Below, piece after piece: positions 6,278 through 6,718 of a stretch of DNA of 6,718 bases. This DNA comes from Promethearchaeia archaeon (GTDB lineage Archaea > Asgardarchaeota > Lokiarchaeia > Sigyniarchaeales > SOKP01). Numbering within the stretch: the stretch's first letter is position 1; each line of letters starts with the position of its first letter. Under the pieces are notes generated by a model. That model did no database searches. It worked only from the letters and a program-made list of their open reading frames with translations, and was not told where the DNA came from. Both the position numbers and the translations under genes were made by a program. Location: assembly GCA_046497275.1 (NCBI GenBank), contig JAWOFX010000118.1, positions 1-6,718 on the forward strand. The letters run 5' to 3'.

Positions 6278-6718
6278 AGAGAATTACTTGAAAAGCATTT
6301 CGGCTGCTCACGATGGGCTTATAACTACGCTTTGAGAAAGCGCATTAGTAACTATCGTAATTGGCGATGTATCATTCACTTCATTAATAACGAGTTAGTT
6401 CACGCTGATCTTCAAAGGGTATGCTTATTCATAATGATCCTCAATTGTAAAAAGAAATCCTTAACTGGTTTTGATTTAATCAAGCAAATTACACAATTAA
6501 AGAAAACAGAAGAATACGAATGGCTTAATGAGGTTACCGCGAGTTCCGTGTCTCAAGCGGTTCTGAATCTCGATAATGCTTATAAGAAATTCTTTAAAGA
6601 AAATAAGGGGTTCCCGAAATTTAAATCTAAAAAGAGCAATCTCTCAACGCAATTCCCAAGTTCAGATGGCAGGAATAAAGTTGACTTCGATGCGGGGTTA
6701 TTGAAAGTTACCAAGTTT
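6272..6718 (+). mobile_element. tnpB: IS200/IS605-family TnpB, partial: first ~14 codons missing, interrupted by an insert, runs off the window end
   Basis: Open frame 6272-6718 (absent from the ORF track): IQRELLEKHFGCSRWAYNYALRKRISNYRN-[insert]-CKKKSLTGFDLIKQITQLKKTEEYEWLNEVTASSVSQAVLNLDNAYKKFFKENKGFPKFKSKK...KVDFDAGLLKVTKF. This is the typical TnpB N-terminus (FGC.RW.YN, EWL.EV, YK.FF...GFPKFKSKK). An in-frame TGA lies upstream at 6236-6238, with no start codon before the TnpB-like part. Confidence 0.92.
6359..6447. other. 84-bp in-frame insertion in tnpB bounded by AATTG direct repeats
   Basis: AATTG at 6359-6363 and 6443-6447 (offset 84). The intervening peptide WRCIIHFINNELVHADLQRVCLFIMILN is not TnpB-like, and removing 84 bp restores RISNYRNCKKKSLTGFDL. 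Confidence 0.7.

Noticed and set aside
6389-6415. NELVHADLQ resembling a kinase catalytic loop (HxD)
   Set aside because: Too short, and the following residues do not fit a kinase motif.
6355-6455. Canonical bulge-helix-bulge intron for the tnpB insert
   Set aside because: A central AAUU/AAUU helix is possible, but the exon-side helix has only about 1 pair and the intron-side helix is interrupted, so the canonical motif is not supported.
1-6718. CRISPR array, tRNA/rRNA, DGR or tnpA
   Set aside because: No regularly spaced repeats, structural RNA signatures, reverse transcriptase or HUH transposase motifs seen. The TnpB RuvC domain and omega-RNA region would lie beyond the window end.

Overview
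AT-rich prokaryotic window. The style of the genes and intergenic DNA suggests an archaeon such as Lokiarchaeia, but that is inference only. The left 4.8 kb is an intact sugar-utilisation cassette: GH29 alpha-L-fucosidase-like gene (+), GPH/MelB-family MFS symporter (-), and a second, divergent GH29 gene (+). Each GH29 has lost a different conserved fucose-binding residue (paralog 1 EW->TW, paralog 2 IHWG->ITWG) while keeping its catalytic acids, which points to modified or non-fucose substrates. The rest is gene debris that the ORF track misses: a 27-bp near-copy of the first GH29 start region, a ~120-bp methylmalonyl-CoA mutase remnant with an internal TAG, and a 5'-truncated 2-hydroxyacyl-CoA dehydratase-like gene joined head-to-head to a 5'-truncated IS200/IS605 tnpB. 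The tnpB carries an in-frame 84-bp insert bounded by AATTG repeats. No rRNA, tRNA or CRISPR array was seen.
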